This document shows positions 18,759-27,198 of a stretch of 64,000 nt of DNA, in pieces. The translations under genes and the position numbers were made by a program. Origin of the DNA: an uncultured Acidobacteriota bacterium (lineage in GTDB: Bacteria; Acidobacteriota; Thermoanaerobaculia; UBA5066; Gp7-AA6); assembly GCA_963764025.1 (NCBI GenBank), contig CAVXRK010000004.1:586178-650177 (forward strand). The letters run 5' to 3'. Every line of letters begins with the position of its first letter. Position 1 is the stretch's first letter. Under the pieces are notes generated by a model. The model worked only from the letters and a program-made list of their open reading frames with translations. It made no database searches and was not told where the DNA came from.

Positions 18759-19259
18759 CTACTCCGAGAAGAGACGGTCGATGTCCTCGTCCGTGATCTC
18801 GGCGAAGGGCGAGTCGAAGTCGGCCTGAAGGGCCTGCTTTTCCTTCTCGGCCTTGCGGGCGATGTCCTGGAAGATCGTCTCGAGCTCGGCCATGGCCCGC
18901 CGGACCCGCAGGCGCACGAGGCCGAGGGAGGTGCGCTCGTCGAAGATCACGACGAGGATGACGCGCTGCGCGACGATCGAGATGTGAATGTTGTCGCGCT
19001 CGCCCTCGTGGAACAGGATCGAGAACTCCTTCTCCCCGATCAGCCGGGCGAGGCCGTCGGTCGCGGCGACGTTGCCGGCCGTCAGCGAGGCGAGCGACGT
19101 CGTGTCGAGCGACTGGAGATCGCCGACGGCCGCGATCTGCTGGCCGTTCTTGTCCACCAGGAAGACCACGTTCGCGTTGGCGTCCGAGGCCAGGCGGTGG
19201 AGCGACTCCTTGATCTTCCGGAATTCCTCGTCGTAGAGGACGAGGTCAGGCAGCGTCAT
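18759..19259 (-). CDS. mglB: MglB (Roadblock/LC7 domain, MglA GAP)
   Basis: 166 aa. ...[68 protein letters not shown]..., immediately upstream of mglA. Confidence 0.8.
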   Translation of the reverse strand: MTLPDLVLYDEEFRKIKESLHRLASDANANVVFLVDKNGQQIAAVGDLQSLDTTSLASLTAGNVAATDGLARLIGEKEFSILFHEGERDNIHISIVAQRVILVVIFDERTSLGLVRLRVRRAMAELETIFQDIARKAEKEKQALQADFDSPFAEITDEDIDRLFSE

Positions 19260-19285
19260 GGATTAACTGATTCTCCTGTGAGGAC

Positions 19286-19915
19286 TTATTCTAACAGCAT
19301 TTCTCTGGCGGCCTTTCTTACAAGCTCGCGCCGGTTCTCCAGCGACCTCGCCATCGTCACCTCGTCGGCATATTCGATGTCTCCGCCGACCGGCAGGCCG
19401 AAGGCGATGCGGGTCACCCGCACGCCGGACGGCTTGAGGCGCCGGGCGAGATACAGGGCCGTCGCCTCGCCCTCGACGTTGGGGTTGGTCGCGATCACGA
19501 CCTCCCGGACCTCGGGGGTGACCCGCGACACCAGGCCGGCGACGTCGATCTCGTCGGGCCCGATTCCCTTCAGCGGCGAGAGGGCTCCCCAGAGGACGTG
19601 GTACCGGCCCCGGAACTCCCGCGTCTTCTCCACCGCCGCGAGATTGCCGGGCTCCTCGACGACGCAGAGCAGGGACGCGTCCCGCTGCGGGTCGGAGCAG
19701 ATGTCGCACGGGTCTTCCTCGGTCAGCGTGTTGCAGGTCGAGCAGCGCTTGACCGTGGAGCGCGCCTGCGCGATCGCGTGGGCGAGCCGTTCGGCGTCCT
19801 CGGCGGGCGACCGGAGCAGGTAGTAGGCCAGCCGCGCGGCGCTCTTGGCGCCGATCCCGGGCAGGCGCTGGAACTCGGCGGCCAGCCGCTCCAGCGATTT
19901 CGGGGTTCCGGGCAA
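19286..19915 (-). CDS. recR: Recombination protein RecR
   Basis: TTG start. ..LERLAAEFQRLPGIGAKSAARLAYYLL... C4 zinc finger CSTCNTLTEEDPCDIC. Toprim ..VVEEPGNLAAVEKT.. Confidence 0.9.
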   Translation of the reverse strand: MPGTPKSLERLAAEFQRLPGIGAKSAARLAYYLLRSPAEDAERLAHAIAQARSTVKRCSTCNTLTEEDPCDICSDPQRDASLLCVVEEPGNLAAVEKTREFRGRYHVLWGALSPLKGIGPDEIDVAGLVSRVTPEVREVVIATNPNVEGEATALYLARRLKPSGVRVTRIAFGLPVGGDIEYADEVTMARSLENRRELVRKAAREMLLE

Positions 19916-19919
19916 GGCC

Positions 19920-20216
19920 TTAGCGCATCCCCGGCATCATTCCGCCGAGCATCGACGCCGTCTTCTTCTGCACGGCCTCGTCGACGCGGCGCGAAGCCTC
20001 GCGCGCCGCGGCGAGGACCAGGTCCTGCAGCGTTTCGACGTCCTCGGGATCGACGGCGGCCTTCTCGATGTGGACCGCGAGGACCTCTTTCGTCCCCGAC
20101 ATCTCGATCTTGACCATCCCGCCGCCCGAGGTCGCCTCGACCCGCATGGCGGTGAGCTCTTCCTGCAGCCTGGTCTGCATGGCCTGGGCCTGCTGCATCA
20201 TCTTCTGGATGTTCAT
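19920..20216 (-). CDS. ybaB: Nucleoid-associated protein YbaB/EbfC
   Basis: MNIQKMMQQAQAMQTRLQEELTAMRVEATSGGGMVKIEMSGTKEVLAVHIEKAAVDPED... ATGA overlap with the dnaX stop. Confidence 0.85.
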   Translation of the reverse strand: MNIQKMMQQAQAMQTRLQEELTAMRVEATSGGGMVKIEMSGTKEVLAVHIEKAAVDPEDVETLQDLVLAAAREASRRVDEAVQKKTASMLGGMMPGMR

Positions 20217-21845
20217 TCCTCTTCCTTGATCTCCGTCAGCTCGCCGTGGAAGAGCTCCATGGCCGAGCGCACCATCGGGTCCGCTTCCGCGCGCGTGCTG
20301 GCCCGCTCGCGCGAGATCGTCGAGCGCGGCACCTCGCGCGCGGCCTTGCCGAGATCGCCGTCGGCCGGCGGGCCGGTCTTCAGCACGATCTTCAGAGGCC
20401 GGCCGAAGGCCTCCCGCGCGACCTCCGAGAGCAGCTTCTTCGCGGCGTGCTCCTCGAGGGCCTCCTTGGCGGCCGCGCGGTCGATTCCGAAGCGCAGGAC
20501 GAGGTCCTCGCCGGCCACACCGATCGACTCGGCCAGGCTGACCTGGGCGGCCGTCACCCGGCGGCGCGAGTCCAGGATCTCGTGAAACCGCTCGATCGGG
20601 TCGCCGGCCACGGGGGCTGCCGCGACCTCGCGGGGCTCCGGCTCGGGCTCGACCGGCACGAGGGAGACGATCCGGGGTCCGGCGTCTGCCGCACGGCGCG
20701 GGGCGCGGCGGCGGCGGGACGCTGCGGGCCGGAGTCGCCCCGCCGATCGACGCCTCGATGTCGCGCAGCCGCGGCAGCTCGGCGAGCTTCAGGACGAGCA
20801 TCTGCACGACGAGGCCCGGGTCGTCGACGCGGCGCACCTGTTCCTCGGCCTGCAGCGTCAGCGAGACGGCGCGCAGCAGGTTCTCGTACGGCATCGCCCG
20901 CGCGAGCGCCGCCATCCGCGCCTGCTCTTCCTTCGGGAGGTCGCTCGCGGCGCCGGCCGCCGAGAGCAGCGCCCGGCGCAGGAAGACGACGAACTCGCGG
21001 AGCACGTGCCGCGGGTCGGCGCCGCCCTCGGTCAGGCGCGCCAGGCTCGCGATCGCCGCGGCCCGGTCGCCGCCCGCGACCGCCGAGTACATGGCCTCGA
21101 GCAGCGTCGAATCGACGAGCGCGAGGATCTCGGCGCAGCGCGCCTCGTCGACCCTGCCCGCGGCGAGGGTCGCCGCCTGGTCGAGAAGCGAGAGCGCGTC
21201 GCGCATGCTGCCTTCGGCCGCGCCCGCCAGGAGACGCAAAGCCCCCGGCGTCACGTCGATCTTTTCGGCCTTCGCCACCTTCGCCAGTTGCGCCGTGATC
21301 TCGGGGACCGTCAGCGCGCGGAAGGCGAACCGCTGGCAGCGCGAAATGATCGTCGCGGGGATCTTGTGGAGCTCGGTCGACGCGAGGATGAACCGCGCGT
21401 GGGGCGGCGGCTCCTCGAGGGTCTTCAGGAGCGCGTTGAAGGCCTCGGTCGTGAGCATGTGGACTTCGTCGATGATCGCGATCCGGTAGCGGTCGCGCTG
21501 CGGGGCGTAGCGCACCGTCTCGATCAGCTCCCGGGCGTTCTCGATCTTGCGATTCGAGGCGCCGTCCATCTCGTGGACGTCGAGCGACTCGCCCCGATCC
21601 AGGATCTCGCGGCAGGATGCGCACTCTCCGCACGGGCGGATCGTCGGCCCCTTGTCGCAGTTGAGCGCCCGGGCGAGCATCCGCGCGGTCGAGGTCTTCC
21701 CGACGCCGCGAGGTCCCGTCAGCAGGTAGGCCTGCGCCACGCGCCCGTCGGCGATCGCGTTGGAGAGCGTGCGCGCGACGGCCTCCTGGCCGACCAGGTC
21801 TTCGAAGATGCGGGGCCGCCATTTGCGGGGAAGCGCGAGGTGCAT
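20213..21845 (-). pseudogene. dnaX: DNA polymerase III subunit gamma/tau DnaX, frameshifted in the Pro-rich linker near 20700
   Basis: N-terminal AAA+ domain in one frame (MHLALPRKWRP..LLTGPRGVGKTSTARMLARALNC..CGECASC...IIDEVHML...). C-terminal domain (..VEPEPEPREVAAAP...LKIVLKTG...ELFHGELTEIKEEE*) in another frame. The two frames coincide through PARSVPPPPRP and then diverge. Confidence 0.8.
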
Positions 21846-22068
21846 CGGGGGTATCTTAATCGGTCGCTCGACGCGACCGGACGGGAGCGGAGAGCAAGTT
21901 CGGCAAGATCGAGTGCCTCTGAGGTACCCGGCGGCCGAAGATGAGCTCAGGTTGACCTGCGGCGCACGGTGGCGCCTCCTGATCGCTGCTTCCTTCCGGA
22001 CCTGACGAGGTTCGGAGACTTCCGTCGCACAGGGCCCGAACTCATCTTCCGCCGCCGGACGGACGATT

Positions 22069-22271
22069 CTATCCCACGGGAGAACGTCGGCGCGGACGCA
22101 GGAACGCCGCGAGGAGCACGGCGCCGAAGAGCAGGCCCGCGGCGAGATCCGAGCCGTGCAGGAATCCTTCCGGCGGAAGGCCCCACGCGCCGAAGGCGGA
22201 GCCCGCCGAAAAGACCAGCGCGAACGCGGCCAGCCATCCCGCGCTCACGGCCGCGACGCGGGCGGGCGTCA
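22069..22271 (-). CDS. Putative small 2-TM membrane protein, GTGA-coupled downstream of the anti-sigma factor
   Basis: GTG overlapping the anti-sigma TGA. VTPARVAAVSAGWLAAFALVFSAGSAFGAWGLPPEGFLHGSDLAAGLLFGAVLLAAFLRPRRR. Confidence 0.3.
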
Positions 22272-22523
22272 CTCCTTGTCCCGACACCGCGTGCGCACGA
22301 ACTCCATGACGACCTGGGCGAGGTTTCGAGGGATCTCGCGCGGTTTGAGCATCCGGAGCGTCCGGCCCGTCGCCCGATACGTCTTGAGGAAGACCACACA
22401 CGGCGGGCAGTGCGAGAGGTGCTTCTCGAGGTCCAGGCGGACGGCCTCGGGCATCGAGCCGTCCTCGTAGTCCGCGAGGTAGTCGACGATGATCTTCCGG
22501 CAGGACATCTCGTCGTGGCTCAT
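22269..22523 (-). CDS. Zinc-finger anti-sigma factor (ChrR/RsrA-like HxxxCxxC)
   Basis: MSHDEMSCRKIIVDYLADYEDGSMPEAVRLDLEKHLSHCPPCVVFLKTYRAT... 4-bp overlap with the sigma-factor stop. Confidence 0.7.
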   Translation of the reverse strand: MSHDEMSCRKIIVDYLADYEDGSMPEAVRLDLEKHLSHCPPCVVFLKTYRATGRTLRMLKPREIPRNLAQVVMEFVRTRCRDKE

Positions 22524-23158
22524 GGCGCCACCCTCCGCTCCGCCGCCCGGCGGTCCGGGGGCGCCGAGGCGACTTCCGTCAGCCTCTGGCGCACGTAGAG
22601 ACGGGCGCGGTGCAGGCGCGACTTCAGGGCCGGGAGCGAGATCTCGAGGGTCTCGGCCACGTCCGCCGGCTTCATCTCTTCGACGTCGACCATCCAGATC
22701 GCGTCCCGATACGTCGGGGACAGCTCGGCGATGAAGCCCTCGGCGCGCTCGGCCAGATCGCGGGCGATCGCCTCGTTCTCGGTGCCGTCGACCCAGGCCG
22801 CGAACTCCGAGGAGGGCGCCTGCCCGTCGCCGCCGAACCGCGGCATGTAGTCCTCGAGCGAAACCGTCGAGCCGGCCGACTTGCGCCGCCGTGCGCGCGT
22901 GTAGGCCGAGTTCAGGGCGACGCGGTAGAACCAGGAAAAGAACTTCTTCGACTCGTCGAAGGTCCCGATCTTCCGGTAGAGCGTCAGGAACGTGTCCTGG
23001 GTCGCCTCCTCCGCGTCTTCCGGGTTTCGGAGGACGCCGTAGGAGAGCGAGTAGACGCGAGCGTTGTATCGGTCGACCATGTCTCGAAAGGCTTGATCGT
23101 CGCCCCTCTTGATCCGCTGGACGAGCTCGAGGTCGGAGGCGTTGGGATCGTCTGCCAT
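22520..23158 (-). CDS. RNA polymerase sigma-70 factor, ECF subfamily
   Basis: ...LVQRIKRGDDQAFRDMVDRYNARVYSLSYGVLRNPEDAEEATQDTFLTLYRK (region 2) ... DVAETLEISLPALKSRLHRARLYV (region 4 HTH). Confidence 0.85.
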   Translation of the reverse strand: MADDPNASDLELVQRIKRGDDQAFRDMVDRYNARVYSLSYGVLRNPEDAEEATQDTFLTLYRKIGTFDESKKFFSWFYRVALNSAYTRARRRKSAGSTVSLEDYMPRFGGDGQAPSSEFAAWVDGTENEAIARDLAERAEGFIAELSPTYRDAIWMVDVEEMKPADVAETLEISLPALKSRLHRARLYVRQRLTEVASAPPDRRAAERRVAP

Positions 23159-23350
23159 CGGGAAATACGCTATCGCGGCGGGGGGTGGTTCGGGAAATGA
23201 GATGGGCGGGTTGGGCGATTTGGACGCGGAATGGCCGGATTTGGGCGCTGATCACGCTCGTGAGACCCTGGGTCGGAACCTGACCGTCGATCGATGGCCT
23301 ACGTTTCGAACTTGGCGGTACGATGGGGGGATTACCGCCGTCCGTCGGTC

Positions 23351-23537
23351 CAAGCGTGCTCCTTAAGCCACTCGGACACCTCTCCGGGGCGGGGAATCCT
23401 ACAACACCGGCGGCAGTCCCATGCGAGTGAACGCCGCGCTCCGCGCGGCGTTGCCTACTGCCGGGGTTTGCCTCTGGTGGTCGGCTCCAAGCGTGCTCCT
23501 TAAGCCACTCGGACACCTCTCCGGGGCGCGGAATCCT
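23351..23537. repeat. Two direct 57-bp repeats (tccaagcgtgctccttaagccactcggacacctctccggggcg.ggaatcctaaca) flanking a family-B core copy
   Basis: Copies at 23351-23407 and 23481-23537. Between them, gcgttgcctactgccggggtttgcctctggtggtcggctcc is the reverse complement of the family-B motif. Confidence 0.75.
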
Positions 23538-23625
23538 AACAGGGTCCTGCGACTTAACGAAGAGTCGGCTCAGCGCATTCGACCTCGCCCCGGCGTTTTG
23601 GGGTTAGGAGGGTTACACTGCCGGG

Positions 23626-24258
23626 GTGACGGGAGAGCGGGCGGAGAAGAGCCGGACCGACTTCGTGTTCGTGGCCGGGCATCCCTGCCTCGACTTCCTC
23701 AACACGCGGCCGTTCGTCCGAGGACAGGCGGTCGAGTTGCTGCCGGATCTGGAGGCCTTCGTCCGCTGGCTCGGACGGGCCGGCCGGCTCGACGCCCGAC
23801 TGGCGACCGACTCGCTCAAGCGGTGGGGCGAAGGGCCCGAAGGCGTCCGCATCGCGGAGCGCGCCCGGGTCTTCCGCGAGACGCTCCGGCACACGATCGA
23901 CGGCCTGACGCGGGGACGCGGCGTTTCGACGGAGGGGTTCGCCGCGATCAACTTCATCCTGGCCGAGAACGACGGGAACTTGCGCCTCGAACGCACCGCC
24001 GGTGGGTTCCGGACGCGGTTCACAGCGCGCCCCACGCACCCGATCTCGCTCCTCGGCAACGTGGCCGAGGCGGCGGCGGATCTCCTCGGCGCAAGGAAGC
24101 CGGAGCTCATCCGCCGCTGCGGCAATCCGGACTGCGTCCTCTTCTTCTACGACGCGACGCGCAATCACCGCCGCCAGTGGTGCGCGATGGGAACCTGCGG
24201 GAACCTGATGAAGGTGCGGGCCTTCCGGCGGCGGCACCGCCGGCGACCCCAGGCTTAG
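23626..24258 (+). CDS. CGNR zinc-finger (ABATE domain) putative stress-responsive regulator
   Basis: GTG start. ...FVFVAGHPCLDFLNT... C-terminal CGNPDCVLFFYDATRNHRRQWCAMGTCGN. Confidence 0.75.
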   Translation: MTGERAEKSRTDFVFVAGHPCLDFLNTRPFVRGQAVELLPDLEAFVRWLGRAGRLDARLATDSLKRWGEGPEGVRIAERARVFRETLRHTIDGLTRGRGVSTEGFAAINFILAENDGNLRLERTAGGFRTRFTARPTHPISLLGNVAEAAADLLGARKPELIRRCGNPDCVLFFYDATRNHRRQWCAMGTCGNLMKVRAFRRRHRRRPQA

Positions 24259-24262
24259 GAAC

Positions 24263-24571
24263 TCAGGTCACCGAGCCCATCCGCCGCAGCGACTCGAAGG
24301 AATAGATCCCGTCGTTGTGGCCGTCGGCCCAGTCGATCTGCAGGGCGTAGGAGCCGACCCAGCGGTGGGCCGCCGCCTGGACCGAGAGTGGCGTGAGTGG
24401 TCGGTCCGGCCCGCGGTAGACCTTGCCGAAGAGGTCGGGCTCCCCCTTGCACATGGCGCACGGGCAGGCGCGGCGGAGCTTCTCGAGCGAGAGGTAGTCC
24501 TCGCGTCCGTCGTCCCAGACGATCACGAGCTCCTGGCCCAGAACCATGACCTGCTTCGGGACCGAGATCAC
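24263..24571 (-). CDS. DUF971-family small protein, GTGA-coupled to the kinase K1 stop
   Basis: (GTG)ISVPKQVMVLGQELVIVWDDGREDYLSLEKLRRACPCAMCKGEP...SYALQIDWADGHNDGIYSFESLRR. The kinase TGA and this GTG overlap in cgGTGAtc. Confidence 0.6.
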   Translation of the reverse strand: MISVPKQVMVLGQELVIVWDDGREDYLSLEKLRRACPCAMCKGEPDLFGKVYRGPDRPLTPLSVQAAAHRWVGSYALQIDWADGHNDGIYSFESLRRMGSVT

Positions 24572-27171
24572 CGAATGCCCTCGGCGAGGAAGAGGTCCGA
24601 GAGGATGCGGTTGTAGGAGTAGACGTACGCCTTCCCGTCGGGCGTCAGCGCGGGCGGCGAGAGCGTGCTGATCCCGGCGGGGTCGAGCGGAACCAGTTCC
24701 CTCCAGAGCTCGCGCTTGCCCGTGGCGAGATCGATCCGGTAGACCCGGCCCGGCAGGGCTCCCCGGTCGAAGGCGAACAGCGCGCGATCGCCGGCCCAGC
24801 CCGTCGGATCTTCCTGCGCCTCGAGGCCCGGGATCGGCGCCGGCTCGCCGCCGTCGAGCGGATACAGATAGCGCCGTCGATCGGGCCCCTGGACGGCCGC
24901 CAGTCGGCCATCGGGCGAAATGGCGCGCAGGAAGGCCCGGTAACCCGCCGGCGAGACGGCCCGCGGTTTTCCTTCGGCGCCATCGAGAAGGAACAGGCGA
25001 CTGCCCTTGCCCGGCTCGCGGGCGGTCAGGAGGATCCGCTTTCCGTCGGGAAACCACTCCGCACCCGATGCAACGAGATCCCCGGTCGGGACGGTCCTCG
25101 CTTCTCCCGCTCCGGCCGGCAGGACGACGACCTTCGGACCGGTCCCAACGTTGGTGACGCCGAGGACCCAGCGGCCGTCCGGAGAGATCGACATGGGGAC
25201 GCCCTCTCCCAACCGCACCGGGGGCGACCCGTCCATGCGCCTCAGGTAGGCCGAATAGCCGGCGCCTCCGCCCTCTCCGGACTCGACGAACACGAACGAC
25301 TTCCCGTCCGGCGAGATGTCCCGGACGCCGGACCAGTCGAGCCATGAAAGGTCCTTCTCCCGCGAGTCTCCCGGCGAGAATCCGAGGATTCCGGAGCGCA
25401 GCGTGTCGTGGGCGATGAGCACCCGCCCGTCCTTCGCGACGTCGTGCAGCGTAAGATTTCCGGTGACCCGCGCGACGACACGGTGGGCGCCGGCCCGGTT
25501 GACGGCATGGAGCGCGCGGTTTCCGCCGACATCTGCTGCCGTGAACCAGACCTCCCGGCCCCGAGGCCCCCACGCCAGACCGCCGGCCGTGGAGAATCCC
25601 GTCGCGAGCGTCTTCAACTTTCCGGAGGCGTCGACGACCGCGATCGAGCCGCCGTCGTCGCCAATGGTCGGGTGGTCGATGAAGGCGACAAGGTCCCCCG
25701 TCGGCGACACGCGCACGTTGCTGACCCAGCCCGTGGTCTCGTAAAGGACCTTGCCGACGGGATACTCGATCCGGTTCCTCGCCCCGACGAGGCGGACGAT
25801 CGCGAGGGTCTGTCCGTCCGGCGCCCAGTCCGCGAAGAGCACGTCGTCCTGGATCTCCCGGGGGGTCCCGCCGCCCGTCATCCCGATCCGCGCGAGCATC
25901 CCGCCGTACTCGAAGGGCCCGACAAAGTGGCGGTTGAGATTCACGGCCATCTCGCCCGAGGCCGAAATGGAGAGAAGGTCCGCCCCCGCCAGCCCGAAGG
26001 GCCGCGCTTCCGGGCTGTCCAGGCGGCTGACGAAGATCTCGATCGGACGGCCCTCCCAGCCCGCGGCATAGATCACTGTCTGGCCGTCGGGCGCGAACCG
26101 GGCATTCATGATCTCGCCGCGCTGGAACGTCAGCTCGCGGAAAGACGGCGGCGTAACGGTCCCCGCTTTTCTTCCGACCGCGAACGCGGCCACGCCGACC
26201 ATCGCCGCCAGAACGGCCGCGCCGAGGAGCCAGGGCCAGCGGCGCCGGCCCGAGCGCACCGCCGCCGCGGCCGCGGCCGTCTGGTCCGTCGTCGTCGAGA
26301 ACGAGGCTTCCGAGAGGTGGTCGCGCACGTCGGCGAGGTCGCGCGCCAGATCCTTCGTCGTTCCGAACCGGTCCTCGGGGTCCTTCGCGAGACAGCGCTC
26401 GACGAGCCACCGCACGGGCGACGGCACTTTCGGGTTGACCTGTCCGACGGGGTCCGGCTCTTCCCGGATGATCGCCGTCAGCGTCTCGGCGGTCGTCGAT
26501 CGCTCGAAAGCGCGCTTGCCCGTCGCGAGCTCGTAGACGATCGAGCCGAAGGAGAACTGGTCGGAGCGAAAGTCGACGACCCGTCCCGCGGCCTGCTCGG
26601 GCGACATGTAGCCGACCGTTCCCATGACCATGCCCGGCCGCGTCGGATCTCCGACCGCCGTCCTCAGGGCCGAGACCTCCTGGTCCTCCGGCGTCACGAG
26701 CTTGGCGAGGCCGAAGTCCAGGATCTTCGCGAACCCGTGCTTGGAGACCATGACGTTCTGCGGTTTGAGGTCGCGGTGCACGATTCCGGCGGCGTGGGCC
26801 GCCGCGAGGCCCTCGGCGATCTGCACCGAGATTTCGAGAAGCTTCTTGACGGGCACCGGACCGGAGGCCGAAAGGTCCTTCAGCGTCCCGCCCTCGACGA
26901 GCTCCATGGCGATGTAGATGGTCGAATCGTGGGAGCCGATGTCGTAGACGGTCAGGATGTTCGGATGCGAGAGGCCCGAAGCCGCGCGCGCCTCCCGCTC
27001 GAAGCGGGAACGCCGCTCGGGATCAGACGCGAGCTCGGGAGGCAGCACCTTGATCGCGACGTCGCGCTTGAGACGCTCGTCGCGCGCGCGGTACACCTCC
27101 CCCATCCCTCCCGCACCGATTGGCACGAGGATCTCGTAGGGGCCGAGCTTCGTTCCGGCGGCGAGCGTCAT
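24568..27171 (-). CDS. Ser/Thr protein kinase with TM helix and C-terminal TolB/PD40-like beta-propeller (K1, intact, divergent subtype)
   Basis: 867 aa. [43 protein letters not shown]...HRDLKPQNVMV..DFGLAK...GTVGYMSPEQ; TM WPWLLGAAVLAAMVGVAAFAV; then repeated ..SPDG../..PDGK.. blades. Confidence 0.9.
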   Translation of the reverse strand: MTLAAGTKLGPYEILVPIGAGGMGEVYRARDERLKRDVAIKVLPPELASDPERRSRFEREARAASGLSHPNILTVYDIGSHDSTIYIAMELVEGGTLKDLSASGPVPVKKLLEISVQIAEGLAAAHAAGIVHRDLKPQNVMVSKHGFAKILDFGLAKLVTPEDQEVSALRTAVGDPTRPGMVMGTVGYMSPEQAAGRVVDFRSDQFSFGSIVYELATGKRAFERSTTAETLTAIIREEPDPVGQVNPKVPSPVRWLVERCLAKDPEDRFGTTKDLARDLADVRDHLSEASFSTTTDQTAAAAAAVRSGRRRWPWLLGAAVLAAMVGVAAFAVGRKAGTVTPPSFRELTFQRGEIMNARFAPDGQTVIYAAGWEGRPIEIFVSRLDSPEARPFGLAGADLLSISASGEMAVNLNRHFVGPFEYGGMLARIGMTGGGTPREIQDDVLFADWAPDGQTLAIVRLVGARNRIEYPVGKVLYETTGWVSNVRVSPTGDLVAFIDHPTIGDDGGSIAVVDASGKLKTLATGFSTAGGLAWGPRGREVWFTAADVGGNRALHAVNRAGAHRVVARVTGNLTLHDVAKDGRVLIAHDTLRSGILGFSPGDSREKDLSWLDWSGVRDISPDGKSFVFVESGEGGGAGYSAYLRRMDGSPPVRLGEGVPMSISPDGRWVLGVTNVGTGPKVVVLPAGAGEARTVPTGDLVASGAEWFPDGKRILLTAREPGKGSRLFLLDGAEGKPRAVSPAGYRAFLRAISPDGRLAAVQGPDRRRYLYPLDGGEPAPIPGLEAQEDPTGWAGDRALFAFDRGALPGRVYRIDLATGKRELWRELVPLDPAGISTLSPPALTPDGKAYVYSYNRILSDLFLAEGIR

Positions 27172-27182
27172 TGGGAGCGGGG

Positions 27183-27192
27183 GGATTCTACC
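27183..27192 (-). promoter_or_regulatory. GGTAGAATCC motif (TAGAAT -10-like) 12 nt upstream of K1 ATG
   Basis: Coding-strand ggtagaatccccccgctcccaATG. The same motif recurs 10-14 nt upstream of the K3 and K7 start codons. Confidence 0.3.
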
Positions 27193-27198
27193 GGAGGC

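Noticed and set aside
20213-21845. Programmed ribosomal frameshift in dnaX
   Set aside because: No slippery heptamer is present. The frame change lies in a GC-rich Pro linker, consistent with an indel.
24263-26410. 715-aa ORF overlapping kinase K1
   Set aside because: Only its last about 102 codons (DUF971) are credible. The rest is an out-of-frame read of K1.
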